DNA of 62,464 nucleotides, the filler included, from Stramenopiles sp. TOSAG23-6 (Eukaryota): the NCBI GenBank assembly GCA_900128565.1. It is 25 parts of 25 records of this genome, joined end to end, with 100 filler letters (N's around TTAATTAATTAA, not from the genome) between each part and the next. Parts side by side here need not be neighbours in the genome. Positions count along the whole stretch, not along the records: positions 12,608 to 15,015 come from LT638061.1; positions 15,116 to 17,522 come from LT638062.1; positions 17,623 to 20,029 come from LT638063.1; positions 20,130 to 22,535 come from LT638064.1; positions 22,636 to 25,039 come from LT638065.1; positions 25,140 to 27,543 come from LT638066.1; 19 more parts are not named here. One strand, given 5' to 3'. Made by a program: the position numbers and the translations under genes. The notes beneath the pieces are model-generated. The model made no database searches. It was given only the letters and a program-made list of their open reading frames with translations, and was not told where the DNA came from. Below, piece after piece: positions 12,608-25,234 of the stretch (position 1 is the first letter of the stretch; every line of letters begins with the position of its first letter).

Positions 12608-14039
12608 ACTGCCACTAGAGCCCGAAGCGCCGCTTGACCCTGAAATATTGCTTTGTCCGGAACAACCTCTTGGAGTAACAGTGGTAGTGGTGATAGTCGA
12701 TCCGGTCTTCATTGTGGTGGTAGTAGCTGCTCCACATGGTCCTGAACTACCACTTGGTCCTGAACTACCACTAGATCCTGAACCACCACTTGGTCCTGAA
12801 CTAGATGCAGAACCACCACTTGGTCCTGAACTACCACTAGATCCTGAACCACCACTTGGTGCTGAACTAACCACCACTTGGTCCTGAACTACTACTAGAT
12901 CCTGAACCACCACTTGGTCCTGAACTACCACTAGATCCTGAACCACCACTAGTTGCTGAACTACTACTTGGTCCTGCACCACCACTAGATCCTGAACCAC
13001 CACTTGGTCCTGAACTAGATGCAGAACCACCACTAGATGCTGAACCACCACTTGGTCCTGAACTACCGCTGGATCCTAAACCACCACTTGGTCCTGAACT
13101 AGATACTGAACCACCACTTGGTTCTGAACCACCACTAGATACTGAACCACCGTTAGATCCTGAACCACCACTTGGTCCTGAACTACCACTAGATGCTGAA
13201 CCACCACTTGGTCCTGAACTACCACTAGATCCTGAACCATCACTTGGTCCTGAACTAGATCCTGAACCACCACTTGGTCCTGGACTAGATCCTGAACCAC
13301 CACTCGGTCCTGAACTACCACTAGATTCTGAACCACCAATAGATGATGAACCACCGCTTGGGCTTGAAGAATGACTTTGTCCAGAACTACCACTAGAACC
13401 TGAAGCACCATTGAATCCCGAAGTATTCCTTTGTCCAGAACCACCGTTAGATCCTGAACCACTACTAGATTCTGAATCACCACTAGATTCTAAACCACGA
13501 CTAGATGCTGAACCACTAAAAGTTCCTGTACCTTTATTAGATCTTGAACCACCATTAGAGTCTAAACCTTTATTAGATTCTGAACCATTACTGGATCCTA
13601 AACGACTACGGCTTTCAGGTGAGATATTACTTTGTCCTGAATCACCAGTGCTTCCTGGCATATTATTTGTTGTAGATCCACCCTTACTTCCTGAAGTATT
13701 AATTTGACCTGATTCGCCACCAGTTTTTGAATCATCAGTGTCATTCGTTGGTATAAATACTTCTATTGTAGTACGTAGATCATTTCCCGGTTCGGGGGCA
13801 ATATCGCTGTTACGTTTTCTTAAAAGATTCATATCATTTAATACACTCGAAGCGAATCTGGGTTCCAAGGAATTCACTCCTTTATGAACCGATTGAACAC
13901 CACTTCGACGTAGGCCAAATGCATGCAATTTTACTTTTTGTTTCAAAGGATTAGAATTCATGGCTAAAGTATTGATTATACCAATCAACGAGAAGCACGT
14001 TGCAAAGAAGTAAATTGCACAACATAGACGTAAACTCAT
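12608..14039 (-). CDS. Secreted or membrane Gly/Ser-rich low-complexity protein (SSGPSGGSG repeats); frameshift near 12867; 3' partial
   Basis: Hydrophobic N-terminus. The G/S repeat continues in a second frame after 12867. Confidence 0.75.
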
Positions 14040-14478
14040 CTTTTAGAAGTCAAATATCAACTTGAAACTAATATTAAATATTTATGTACTGGTAGATGGA
14101 AAAATTGGTTGAAACATATACAATTTAATAAAGTATACTATATTATCTGCTCAAATTTAGAAATCTTTGCGTATCTTTGGAACTTTCAATGTAATTTTTA
14201 AATTCCAATGGTAACAATCTCTCAACACAACACGACGAAAAGCGTTTGAAAATTAAAATTTCAAATTTCAAATTTCAAATCTTCGTTATAAACCATTTAA
14301 ATTGTAAATTCGCGAATCGCGATATAATATTTTGAATCTTGACCTCGATTTACCGGAGCGACGAAGACATCAGATTGAGAGAGAGCGAGTTAACATGACT
14401 CTGTCCTCCGTGAGCAAACGCTCCTTGTGTTAAACTTTGTATATAGAACTACTATTCGGTACTGGCCTAGGAGTAAAC

Positions 14479-14979
14479 ATGCCAAGTCCACAGAAAATCT
14501 TGAAAGAAATAGCACATTTAGAGCAAACAATACAAAAAAGTGTTGGAAATGATTTAAGGCACAAAAGAATTGCACTGAGAAAAAAAATTACCCGGTTACA
14601 CGCTGTTTTGAAGGGAAAACTTCGTAGAAATTCAAAGAAAGCTTCAAAAGAGAAAACCAACCAAGAATACGAATTACAAATGGATGAAACATCTGATAAA
14701 GACCAAAAAAAAACAAAAGGGAGGTAGTGGTGGGAAAAAGAATGCCATAAACAAGAATTTTTAAAAAATAGCCCCGAACAAATTGTCGAACAAATTGACG
14801 AACAAATTGACAGTGAAGAAATATCAGTTGATAGTGAAATGTCAGAAGCCTTTGAAAAAAGCCTTCGTGAAATGAAGAGTGAAAAAGAACTCCTCCGACA
14901 AAAAGAACTTGCTCGCAAACAATCAGAACTTAATTGTGCTTCTAGAGAAAATCGTAAAGATCTTAAACAAAAGTTAGAT
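14479..14979 (+). CDS. Charged coiled-coil hypothetical protein, first exon, with one in-frame TAG at 14725-14727
   Basis: ORFs 14437 and 14839 are in the same frame. A family intron donor AT|GTACGTTTT starts at 14980. Confidence 0.5.
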
Positions 14980-15170
14980 GTACGTTTTCATCATGAATTT
15001 CAAAGTTTTTTTTTTNNNNNNNNNNNNNNNNNNNNNNNNNNNNNNNNNNNNNNNNNNNNTTAATTAATTAANNNNNNNNNNNNNNNNNNNNNNNNNNNNN
15101 NNNNNNNNNNNNNNNCGTACGAAATTTTGTACCTAACGTTTTTTTTTTCAAATATTTTTCCAAAATACAT

Positions 15171-15581
15171 GGAATTTGGTATATTTGCCCACCAAATATT
15201 GAAGATGCTATGAATATTGTTGCATTCCCAAGGCATTTTATTACAAAACAATTCGTTGATGGTATGTTTTCATCTTTTTGAAATCTTTTTTTTTTTTTTG
15301 GTAAAAAAAAATTGTACCTAACAAAAAAAATCAAATAATTTTTAATTTTTTTTTTTTGGTAAAAAATTTTGTACCTAACAAAAAAAATCAAATAATTGAA
15401 ATATTTTTTTAGGAATACATGACCAATTCATATTAGTATTGAGGACTCACAAAATTTTAATTATTCGTTATTTCAAACAATAAAGCTTTGTATTGAAACA
15501 CCGAATAAATCTCACATAGATGATTTGTTTAATTGTGGAGTAGTAGCTGCCCTTAAATATGCAGAAAACAATAAAAATTGA
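15171..15581 (+). CDS. 3' exons of an unknown protein, possibly patatin-like; exons 15171-15261 and 15421-15581
   Basis: An open frame is obtained after removing 15262-15420 as GT-AT. The C-terminal resemblance to PNPLA is weak. Confidence 0.5.
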
Positions 15582-16049
15582 AACAATAAAAATTGAAACA
15601 AAAAAAAAAATTTCAAGTTTTTTTTTCGTAGTAAATTTTATACCTAACATTTTTTTTCCATAATTGTATACCTAACTTTTTTTTTTTTTTCATCATTTGT
15701 TTGTATACATTCACTTTTTCAACAGATGTAATTTTTTAAGGATATGAACCGATTATTGAATATATATAAATACTATGCTGTAGTATTGATATTGTGGCTG
15801 TGTTTGCTATAAATTTTATTATTTTTGAACTTTGACTTTTTTAATTTGTAAAGTTTTTTGTCTCTCCAGTAACCCTAACCCTTACACTTATATGTACTAG
15901 GGTTAGGGTTTTTTTTTTTTGATAAATGTAAAAAAATGGTCAAAAATTCCAAAAAAAAAAAAAAAGGCAAAACAACAAAGTGGTGTTGTGGTAAATCGTC
16001 TAAAATAGTCAACACAAATAGTTCTTTCTATACTTTGCTATTGATATCA

Positions 16050-17389
16050 ATGGGAGGTAGAAGTAGTAAAAAGAATACAGGTGGCAATGCTAAACCACCA
16101 CAACCTCCAAAAAATAGTAAAAGTCCAAATGGGAAACATTGCAACAATGCAGATCCCTTTCCTCGTTCGGAAGAGCTGTCAAAAAATAGTACAGTCCATC
16201 GACGAAATGCAACAGCAGTTGGCTTAGCGGACTTTACGCTCATCAAAACTGTTGGAAAGGGTTCCTTTGGTAAAGTAATGACAGTACGCAAAAATGATAC
16301 TGGTAAAACATACGCTATGAAGGTTTTGAACAAGGAAAAAGTCATTAGCAGAAAACAATACGCGCATACTCTCTCAGAACGTCGCATATTGGAGGACATT
16401 TCTCATCCATTTTTGGTTGGTTTACATTATTCGTTTCAAACACGAACAAAACTCTATATGGTGTTTGATTTCTTCAACGGTGGGGAGTTATATCATTATA
16501 TTTCTCGTGGGAAGTTTTCAGAAGCTAGAGGTCGATTTTATGCAGCCGAAATTATCTTAGGCTTGAAGCATTTACATGATAATAATATTGTTTATCGTGA
16601 TCTAAAACCTGAAAATCTTTTATTAGATGCTCGTGGTCATGTGAAAATATGTGATTTTGGATTATCAAAGGAAAATGTTGTCCATAATAATGTAAAATCG
16701 ATTTGTGGAACCCCAGAATATTTAGCCCCAGAGTACCTTTTNTTTATTATTTTTTTTAATTTTTTTTTTATTTATTTTTTTCGTAGTTAATTTTGTACCT
16801 AACAAAAACATTTTACTCTAAAAAAAAAAAAAATATTTTTTTACAATTCATGGTTATACAAAGAAAACCATATGGTAAACCAGTTGATTGGTGGAGCTTG
16901 GGTACACTTATTTACGAAATGCTTGCAGGTTTACCTCCGTTTTATCATCAAAATCGGCAGGTCATGTACAGAAAAATTCTCAGAGATAAATGTAAATTTT
17001 TTTTATACAAAATTTCGTACCTAACAAAATTGTAACAAAAAAAAAAAAAAAAATTAATTTTTTTGTAACAAATTGTATTTTTTTGTATTTTTTTAACAGT
17101 ATAGTACGTCGTCATAAGGCAATGAATAATTTATCATTTTCTCTATGTGTGGGTTTGCTTAATCGAGATCCATCACGGAGGTTAGGATCGAATGGGGCTG
17201 AAGAAATCATGAACGTTTTATTTTTTTTCAATTTCGAATTTATTTTTTTTCAATTTCGAATTTATTTTTTTTATAGTAAATTTTGTACCTAACAATTTTT
17301 TAGATTTTTTTTTGAAATATTTTTTCAAAATACATGAACCATATTTGGTTTAAAGATATCGATTGGGAAAAACTTTTGAAGTATGAAGT
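16050..17389 (+). CDS. AGC Ser/Thr kinase (SGK/Akt/S6K-like); exons 16050-16732, 16852-16991, 17105-17210, 17336-17389; 3' partial
   Basis: [42 protein letters not shown] and IDWEKL motifs. Confidence 0.95.
16733..16851 (+). other. Non-canonical intron, GT-AT
   Basis: CCA GA|GTACC...TTCAT|G GTT keeps the invariant kinase APE motif. A 2-nt left shift would lose the Glu. Confidence 0.88.
16992..17104 (+). other. Family intron with canonical GT-AG ends
   Basis: Has the same AAATTTCGTACCTAAC core; splicing gives KILRDKLR. Confidence 0.75.
17211..17335 (+). other. Non-canonical intron, GA-AT in family register (slides to GT-AC within a CATGAAC direct repeat)
   Basis: Removal gives [19 protein letters not shown]. 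Confidence 0.8.
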
Positions 17390-17659
17390 GTACGTTTTTT
17401 ATTTGTATAGTAGCCATTTTGTTAGCCATTTTATTTTTTTTTTCATTTCTTAAGTATAAAAATTTAAAAAAAAAATGTAAAAAAAAAAAAAGAAGAAGAA
17501 AAAAATAAAAACGCAAACTCAANNNNNNNNNNNNNNNNNNNNNNNNNNNNNNNNNNNNNNNNNNNNTTAATTAATTAANNNNNNNNNNNNNNNNNNNNNN
17601 NNNNNNNNNNNNNNNNNNNNNNAAAAAAAATTCGAAATTGAAAAAAAAATAAAACATAC

Positions 17660-18740
17660 ATGGCTTCGTCATTACTTCTGATTCTTCTTCTGATTCTGGT
17701 GTAATTGTAGAAAATTTTTTAAGTACGCGTATAAAGACTTTGACAGGATTAGAAAAACATTTAAGCCTTTCAAATCGAAGTATCGCCCCATCTTTGACTT
17801 GTGTCTCTTCGTCAGAGCCTTTCCACCCAAAATAGGTTTTTTGAATTTTTTCGTCAAACTCTATTTTTTGACGCTTGTCTGCTTTCTCATTCAATATCAC
17901 TGCATTTGCAAAAAGTTTCTGCCAAAAGCTTGAGTTACAGTTACATTCCATTAGAAAACTGGAATGCCAAATATAATTTGGATAGAATTCAATAGCCGCT
18001 TTTAAAACGGTCTCATTTCTAACCCCTCCAGGTGGATAATTCTTTTTTTTGTGAGGCAACTTTTGAACACGAAATAGTTGGAACTTTTCACTNAGACGCA
18101 GACGCAACGAAGCGTCGTCATATATGTCTGGATACAATTCCATCGCTGCAAACATCACATCAGGATCATCATTCCATTCCCCCTCAATAAGCATATATCT
18201 TACATCCTTAATAGTACTTCTATCTTTAGCTTTCTGCGTATATCTGAAGGATACTTCACCTNTGGGACTGCCAAGTTCTCGTATTTGTTGTAATACTTCA
18301 TTTTTCTCATCTGAAAATTCAGTTTCCTCGCCAAATACGACATCAAATATTTCAGTAACTCTCGAAAAGTCTTTAGTTGCCCTTAAACGATCAGAAGCAT
18401 ACAAAGAAAGTATTGGTTCAATCTTCATCGCTTCCATCATAAAATCAGCATCATCAAAAAAACGGCAGAAATCAGTAAAAATAGCAAAAGATGTGTCTTT
18501 TGCTTCTAGCCACTGAGGAGTCAAAGAAAACATTCGCTTAAGTTCATCAAGCAAATCTCTCTGACTTTTAGATAAACGAGCACTTTGTGGAACCGGGAGA
18601 GAAAGAGCTTCAGTAGTTATGTCAGTGGATGCTTTAGTAGACTCAACTTGAGGCTCTGGAGAAGCATCTTTGGTATCTGCAGCGAGTGTACTAGTTGATA
18701 AAACAAAACATATCATCATGGTTGAGAGTAATCTTATCAT
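17660..18740 (-). CDS. Signal-peptide protein with DUF4116-like repeats; first exon
   Basis: N-terminal hydrophobic leader and repeats such as DADFMMEAM...YASDRLR and DPDVMFAAM...DASLRLR. Donor at 17659. Confidence 0.6.
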
Positions 18741-19016
18741 TATGCTTCGCCTTATGGCTTGGGTCCTTTATCTTTGACTCGCGTTTTAGTTTTTGACTTT
18801 TTGTACCTGAAGACAAAAGTGAAAGTTGGTGGATGACGCGCTGAATGCATCAGGTGCATCAATAAAAAAACTGAACCCGGTTCCTCGATGACGATGACGA
18901 TGACACGTGGCTATATAAAATCAAAAATCTTTTCGATGGCGGAGAAGTCGGAGTTAACGAACTGTTGCTATCAGGAACACATAATATAACACACAAAACT
19001 AGCAAAAAAACTGCAC

Positions 19017-20029
19017 ATGGTCACTCGAATGGCATCATCAATTGTGTGGTTTAGAAAGGGATTGCGTCTGCATGATAATACTGCATTATTGCAAGGTATT
19101 TCTGGCGCCAAACATACCGCTTGTGTATTCATTCTTGACCCACATTTTTGTAAACCTAAATATGTGGGGAAGAACAGAATGGCTTTCCTCCTAGAATCGC
19201 TCGTGGAACTTGATGATCTTTTACAAAGTAACTATCAGACACGACTAATTGTTTTGAGGGGGAAACCTGAAAGAGTGCTTTCGAAAAAGGTAAAGGAATG
19301 GGGAGTAAATAAAGTATCCTTTGAAATGGATACTGAACCATATGCACGACGACGCGATAAGACAGTCACCTTGTCTTTGGAAAAAGTTGGTGTGGAAGTT
19401 TGTTGCACAAGTGGACATACTCTTTATGACATGGAAAAGTTATTTGCTCTCAACAAAGGCNTAACGCCCACTACAATGCGAAGTTTTCAAAAGCTTCTTC
19501 AGAAGGCAGGTCCCCCGGATAAACCTAAAAATGCTCCTTCTTCAATCCCTACCTTACTCCCAGAAATTGATTATTCTGAAGAACTTCATGGAGTACCGAC
19601 ACTTAAAAGTTTAGGATACTCTACCCCTGCAACAACCCCATTCAAAGGTGGCGAATCTGAAGGTCTGCGAATGATGGAAGCTTTTATAAAAGATAAAAAA
19701 CGTGTCATCAATTTTGAAAAGCCGAAAACGTCNCCAGCGGAACTTTATCCAAAAATATCAACTACTGGCCTATCACCCTATATGAAATTTGGTTGCGTAT
19801 CTGCACGAAAATTTTTCTACAGATTAGACAAGATACTTTCAAAGAACAAGAAGCATACGCTACCTCCTGTTTCCCTTGTTGGGCAATTGTATTGGCGAGA
19901 TTTTAATTATTTAGTCGCAAGTACAACACCAAACTTTGATACTATGAAAGGAAATCCTCGTTGTCGGCAGATTCCTTGGGTTCAGAATAAATCTAATCTT
20001 TCAGCATGGGAAAAAGGAGAAACGGGTTT
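19017..20029 (+). CDS. (6-4) photolyase / animal-like cryptochrome (3' partial)
   Basis: WFRKGLRLHDN, TTGLSPYMKFGCVS, PPVSLVGQLYWRDF and WEKGETG motifs. Confidence 0.95.
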
Positions 20030-20215
20030 NNNNNNNNNNNNNNNNNNNNNNNNNNNNNNNNNNNNNNNNNNNNTTAATTAATTAANNNNNNNNNNNNNNN
20101 NNNNNNNNNNNNNNNNNNNNNNNNNNNNNTTTATATGAATTTCTAATTTAATTTTTTTTTCATACGAAATTTCGTACCTAACAATTTTTTTTTGAAATAT
20201 TTTTCCAAAATACAT

Positions 20216-21291
20216 GTATTTGTGATTTAGAATTGAAAGTAAAATCACTTGAAAATGAAATTCAATCTATACATAAAAGCCACACACAGCAGAAGGAGCA
20301 TTGGAAGTGTCGAGAAAATGATTTTTTATCAGACGCAGTTGATGTCACAGATATAAAGGCAGGTTACGAATCTCAAATTATGGATTTAGTACAGAAACGT
20401 ACGTCTGCTGCTGAAGCTGCTAGTAAAAGACATGCTGAAACTCTTGCTAAGATTCAGACATTCGAAAAAGAGTTAAATGAGAAAACTAGAGAAAATGAAA
20501 CATTGCAAAAAGAGTTAAATGAGAAAAATAGAGAAAATGCAACATTGCACCATGGAATAGCAGGATATGAAGAAAACTTGCTTCTTAGTCAAAAAGTTTT
20601 AGATAAAACATTACTTGATTTAGAAGAGAGTAAAAATGTTCAAGAAAAGTTACGAGAAGATCTTATTATTAAATCACAGTCTCTTGAGAAACGGTGTATA
20701 AAAAATGATTCTGGCAAAGAAGATCAATATAAAAAAATGCACGCAGAATTAGAAGAAAAAGTATCAGATATTGCACTATTAAAGAAAAGACTTGATTTAA
20801 TAACTGAAAGTGTCAAAACTCACATTCGAATGGCAGTGAATGCAACAGCAGAAGAAGTAGAAACACGAGTTCGGAAAGAATGTGAGTCTAAGTATAAGGA
20901 TAAACTACACGAATTTGCTCTTGAAATGAATCGTCGGAAAAATTTATTTCTTGCAGAGAAGAGTGCTTTACAAAACCAGTTTGTACAAGAAAATAGAAAG
21001 CTGAATGAGGACGCAAAATTAAAAATGGACCGAATTTCGAATTTATTAGTGAGTACACAAGCTCATCTAGAAGCGACTGAGCAACGTAATTCGATTCTTG
21101 AACAAAAAATCTCAGAAAAATTTACGCAACATCAGAAAATAAATGTGGAGTTTAAAGCAAATCAACAAGATATTGATCAAATTTCAGCTTTTGATGATGA
21201 AAAAATTGCATCAATGCAATTGCAATTAGCTTCTCTTCACAAAGAATGTCAAGATGTCCTTTCAGAGTGTGATCCGTATGCTTGGAATTGA
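20216..21291 (+). CDS. Coiled-coil protein, last exon
   Basis: Long E/K/L-rich ORF preceded by a family acceptor CAAAATACAT ending at 20215. Confidence 0.75.
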
Positions 21292-21405
21292 ATTTTAAAA
21301 AAATGAATAATATAATTATGAATTTATGTCGTTTTTTTTGTTTTTCAAAATTTTATAATTTGGTTCATCTATTTATAATTTGCATTTAATTGTTATATTG
21401 TACCA

Positions 21406-22535
21406 TTACATCTTCTGCAATCTTGCCCTCTCCTTCTTTGCCCTTTTTCTTGCTTTTTTCAGGCGAGATCTTTCTCGATCTTCCTCTGTCCGTTTGCTTT
21501 TATCATACATGACAAATTTATCTCGGTCATTTAGCCATCGGGCTCTATCAGCGAGCATTTTCCATTTTTCACGTTCTTTTTTAATGGCCTCTTGTTGTCC
21601 TTTATTCAGATTTTTTCCATCAATGTGTAATGCTTCAATTGAGTCATTCATTTCTATATCGCGTCCTTCTTCTTTATATACACGTAGGACAGCTTCAATC
21701 ACATCATCATCGTTTCTCTCGTCTAATTTAGCAAGCATTTTTGCACTCATTTTTTTCCTATCACTCCGAGCTTCCACCCAAACTCTATCAAATTTTGATG
21801 CAGAGCAATAATTTTGAGTGACTGCAATAGTTGCGTCTATATTAAGCACAGCATGCCACCAACCACCAGGTATATACACTGTTTCACCTGGATATTGAAT
21901 GAATGTAATACATTGAATATCAGGATGATTCGCTCTGATTCGAGGTAGAATGTTAAAAAAGTAATCAATGGCTTCATCATCCTCATTTGGCCTTACATAA
22001 TGTTTTCCCTTTACTATATTGCCAGGGGCAGAGGGAGGAAATAGAACCCAATACTTACGCCCTCTTATTAGTGCATTCCATGCCGATGTACCCAACGGGT
22101 CAATGTGTAAACAAGAACCAGAACGTTCAGGTCCAATGAGAAACCATCTATACGGTGGACGTCTTCTCTCGCCTGATAATCTAAAAAAATCGTCTAAAAA
22201 ATATCTAGGTACTTTATAATCTTCACCCATTTCTTCTGTTTCTTCATCGGAATCAGCAAAATCTGGATCGAACACATACAGTGGTGAATCATCTGAATTA
22301 TGCAAGAGATATCGGAAAAAGGATGCTAAATGGACACGAATTGATGCTTGATCATCATCTTCCCCACAGCGAACCTTTGCACCTTTGAACCTATGTAGAA
22401 GATTGTGCCAACTCCATGCTTGTCGCGCCGGCCAATTATCAGCGAGACCATTGATAACTACAGGCAATGCAGGTTTCTCGAAACGAGATATAAAATCTTT
22501 GACTGTTAGTTGCTTTTCGTGCACTCGTGGAATAG
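21406..22535 (-). CDS. JMJD6: JmjC protein JMJD6/PSR (5' partial)
   Basis: RRPPYRWFLIGPERSGSCLHIDPLGTSAWN and PGGWWHAVLN...AVTQNY motifs. Confidence 0.93.
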
Positions 22536-22634
22536 NNNNNNNNNNNNNNNNNNNNNNNNNNNNNNNNNNNNNNNNNNNNTTAATTAATTAANNNNNNNNN
22601 NNNNNNNNNNNNNNNNNNNNNNNNNNNNNNNNNN

Positions 22635-23953
22635 NCCCATGGACAAGGTGGATTTTGACTTCTTGCCCATTTCAATACTTCCAAGTGACCTTTTTCAGCT
22701 GCCCAACTACACGTACCTTCATTCCATGGACAAGGTGGATTTTGACATCTTAACCACTGTAATACTTCTAATTTACCACCAGAAGCTGCTAAATAACACG
22801 TACTTTCATGCCAACGACAAGGTGGATTTTGATTTCTTGCCCATTTCAATACTTCTAAGTGACCATTTTCAGCTGCTAAAGAACATGTTCCTCCATCCCA
22901 AGGACAAGGTGGATTTTGACTTCTTAACCATTTCAATGCTTCTAAGTGACCATTTCCAGCTGCTTTCCAACACGTCATTTCATCCCATGGACAAGGTGGA
23001 TTTTGACTTTTTACCCATTTGAATACTTCTAAGTGACCATTTTCAGCTGCTGCAATACACATATTATATTCATTCCAAGGACAAGGTGGATTTTGACTTG
23101 TTACCCATTTCAATACTTCCAAGTGACCACCAAACGCCGCAGCCCTACATGTTTCATCATCCCAAGGACAAGGTGGATTTTGACTTCTTGACCATTTCAA
23201 TACTTCTACATGACCATTTTGTGCAGCATTAACACATGTCCATTTATCCCAAGGACAAGGTGGATTTTGACTTCTTAACCATTTCAATACTTCTAATTGA
23301 CCAGTAAAAGCTGAATCAGCACATATCATCTCAATATTCCATGGACAAGGTGGATTTTGACTTCTTAACCACTGTAATACTTCTAAGTGACCCTTTCTAG
23401 CTGCCATAGAGCAAGTACGTTGATCCCATGGACAAGGTGGATTTTGACTTCTTAACCATTGTAATATTTCTAAACTTCCAATATGAGCTGCACAAGAACA
23501 TGTCCATTCATTCCATGGACAAGGAGGATTCTGACTTCTTACCCATTGTAATACTTCTAATTGACCATGACTCGCTGCCCACTGACAAGTCTTTTGATTC
23601 CACGGACAAGGTGGATTTTGACTTCTTAACCATTGTAATACGTCCAAGTGACCAGATGAAGCAGCATTACCGCACGTATCTTCATCCCACGGACAAGGTG
23701 GCTTTCTAGATCTCAAATATTTTAAAAAAATCAAGTCACCATGTTTAGCTGTTTCAGTACAACTTACGCTACCCCAATCAACACCAACCATCCAAGGTCG
23801 ATTTTTGTCCTTTGACACAAGTCTCCCAGAAAGTCTTTCTTTCAGTGTTAAATGGCTTACAATCAAGACTGCGGGGCCTAACCCGCTAAATACTCTTTGG
23901 AGAACTTCTTCTTGATGTTTTGTTCGTTTTTGGCGGTTAATCATCCTATTCAT
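22635..23953 (-). CDS. Ankyrin-like 25-aa repeat protein (AAxxGHLEVLxWLRSQNPPCPW) with an F-box-like N-terminus; 3' partial
   Basis: About 15 tandem repeats of ~75 nt. Confidence 0.88.
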
Positions 23954-24191
23954 TGTAAGAAAATAATCAAGATATGTTGTGTAGAAAGATACTAATCTTT
24001 TTATATTTTAGATTTGATTGAGATTTTTTTGACTTTTTCATCGAGCGAAAAAAGAAAAATAATCTTTCTAAAGAAGAAAAATATTTCGTGTTTTTTTCTG
24101 AACTTGGCCAAAAACGAAACGGAAAAAGTGTGTCAACTCTGATCTGATCTGATCAATCATAATATCATATATATGAAAGTTGAAACCAATA

Positions 24192-24955
24192 ATGGCAATT
24201 AATAATAAAAAGAGAAAACACCCAACAAGGATGTCATATTTCCGGCGTTCATTGACTGCATGTATTGCTATACCTTTTTTGTTATTTATATTCTCATCGA
24301 GTCGAAGGGTTTTATTATTATCGATAAGTCTATCTTTCTGGGGTACTATAGAATGGGAACGTTTGCGAAGTGCCATCATTCGCCAGCTTGTAGAAAGTCT
24401 TGGTATGCACATGAATTATCCTACACCAACAAACTGTGATATTTTAGCTTTATTTTCTTCAACAGTGTGTGCTATTGTATGGTATATACCTAATTGGTTA
24501 ATCATGTATCAGGTGAATAGTATTGTTGTTGCGATTATTATAGTCCTACACGTGAGGCAGTGGATCAACTTTAGAATTGTACAAAGAGGGCCAAAGAAAA
24601 CTGCGATAAAGTCACGCAATTTATTTGTGTACAGTATATGCATCATGGCGATTGATATTTTTGGTATACTATACATACCTTTTTCAATATCGCACATTGT
24701 CTTATTATATTCTGATCCACAATTAGGTGAAAGTGGCATGTATGATTTATTTTTTTCAATTTCGATTTTATTTTTCGTACGAAATTTTGTACCTAACGAT
24801 TTTTTTTCGAAATATTTTTCCAAACTACATGGGTAATTTGATTCTTTTAATTACTTTTGTTTTTCAATGTGATAACGGAGCTCTTTTCGCTGGGCGACTA
24901 TACGGTCAACATAAACTTGCTAAATCATTATCACCTGGTAAAACATGGGAAGGTT
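24192..24955 (+). CDS. Phosphatidate cytidylyltransferase (CdsA-like); exons 24192-24739 and 24831-24955; 3' partial
   Basis: CDNGALFAGRLYGQHKLAKSLSPGKTWEG signature and TM helices. Confidence 0.9.
24740..24830 (+). other. Non-canonical intron, GT-AT, near-consensus copy (91 nt)
   Basis: GGCAT|GTATG...TTCGTACGAAATTTTGTACCTAAC...CCAAACTACAT|GGGT. There is no AG in the intron. Confidence 0.88.
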
Positions 24956-25234
24956 GTATGTTTTATATGAATTTCTAAAATTTAATTTTTTTTTCATACG
25001 AAATTTCGTACCTAACGATTTTTTTTTGAAATATTTTTTNNNNNNNNNNNNNNNNNNNNNNNNNNNNNNNNNNNNNNNNNNNNTTAATTAATTAANNNNN
25101 NNNNNNNNNNNNNNNNNNNNNNNNNNNNNNNNNNNNNNNTACAAAAAAATCGATTTTTTTTTTCGTACGAAATTTCGTACCTAACAAATTTTTTTTTGGT
25201 AAAATTTTTTTTGAAATATTTTTCCAAAATATAG

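Noticed and set aside
22635-23953. Giant-virus insertion suggested by PPCPW ankyrin-like repeats
   Set aside because: The family also occurs in protist nuclear genomes, no viral hallmark genes are present, and the neighbouring gene carries host-type introns.
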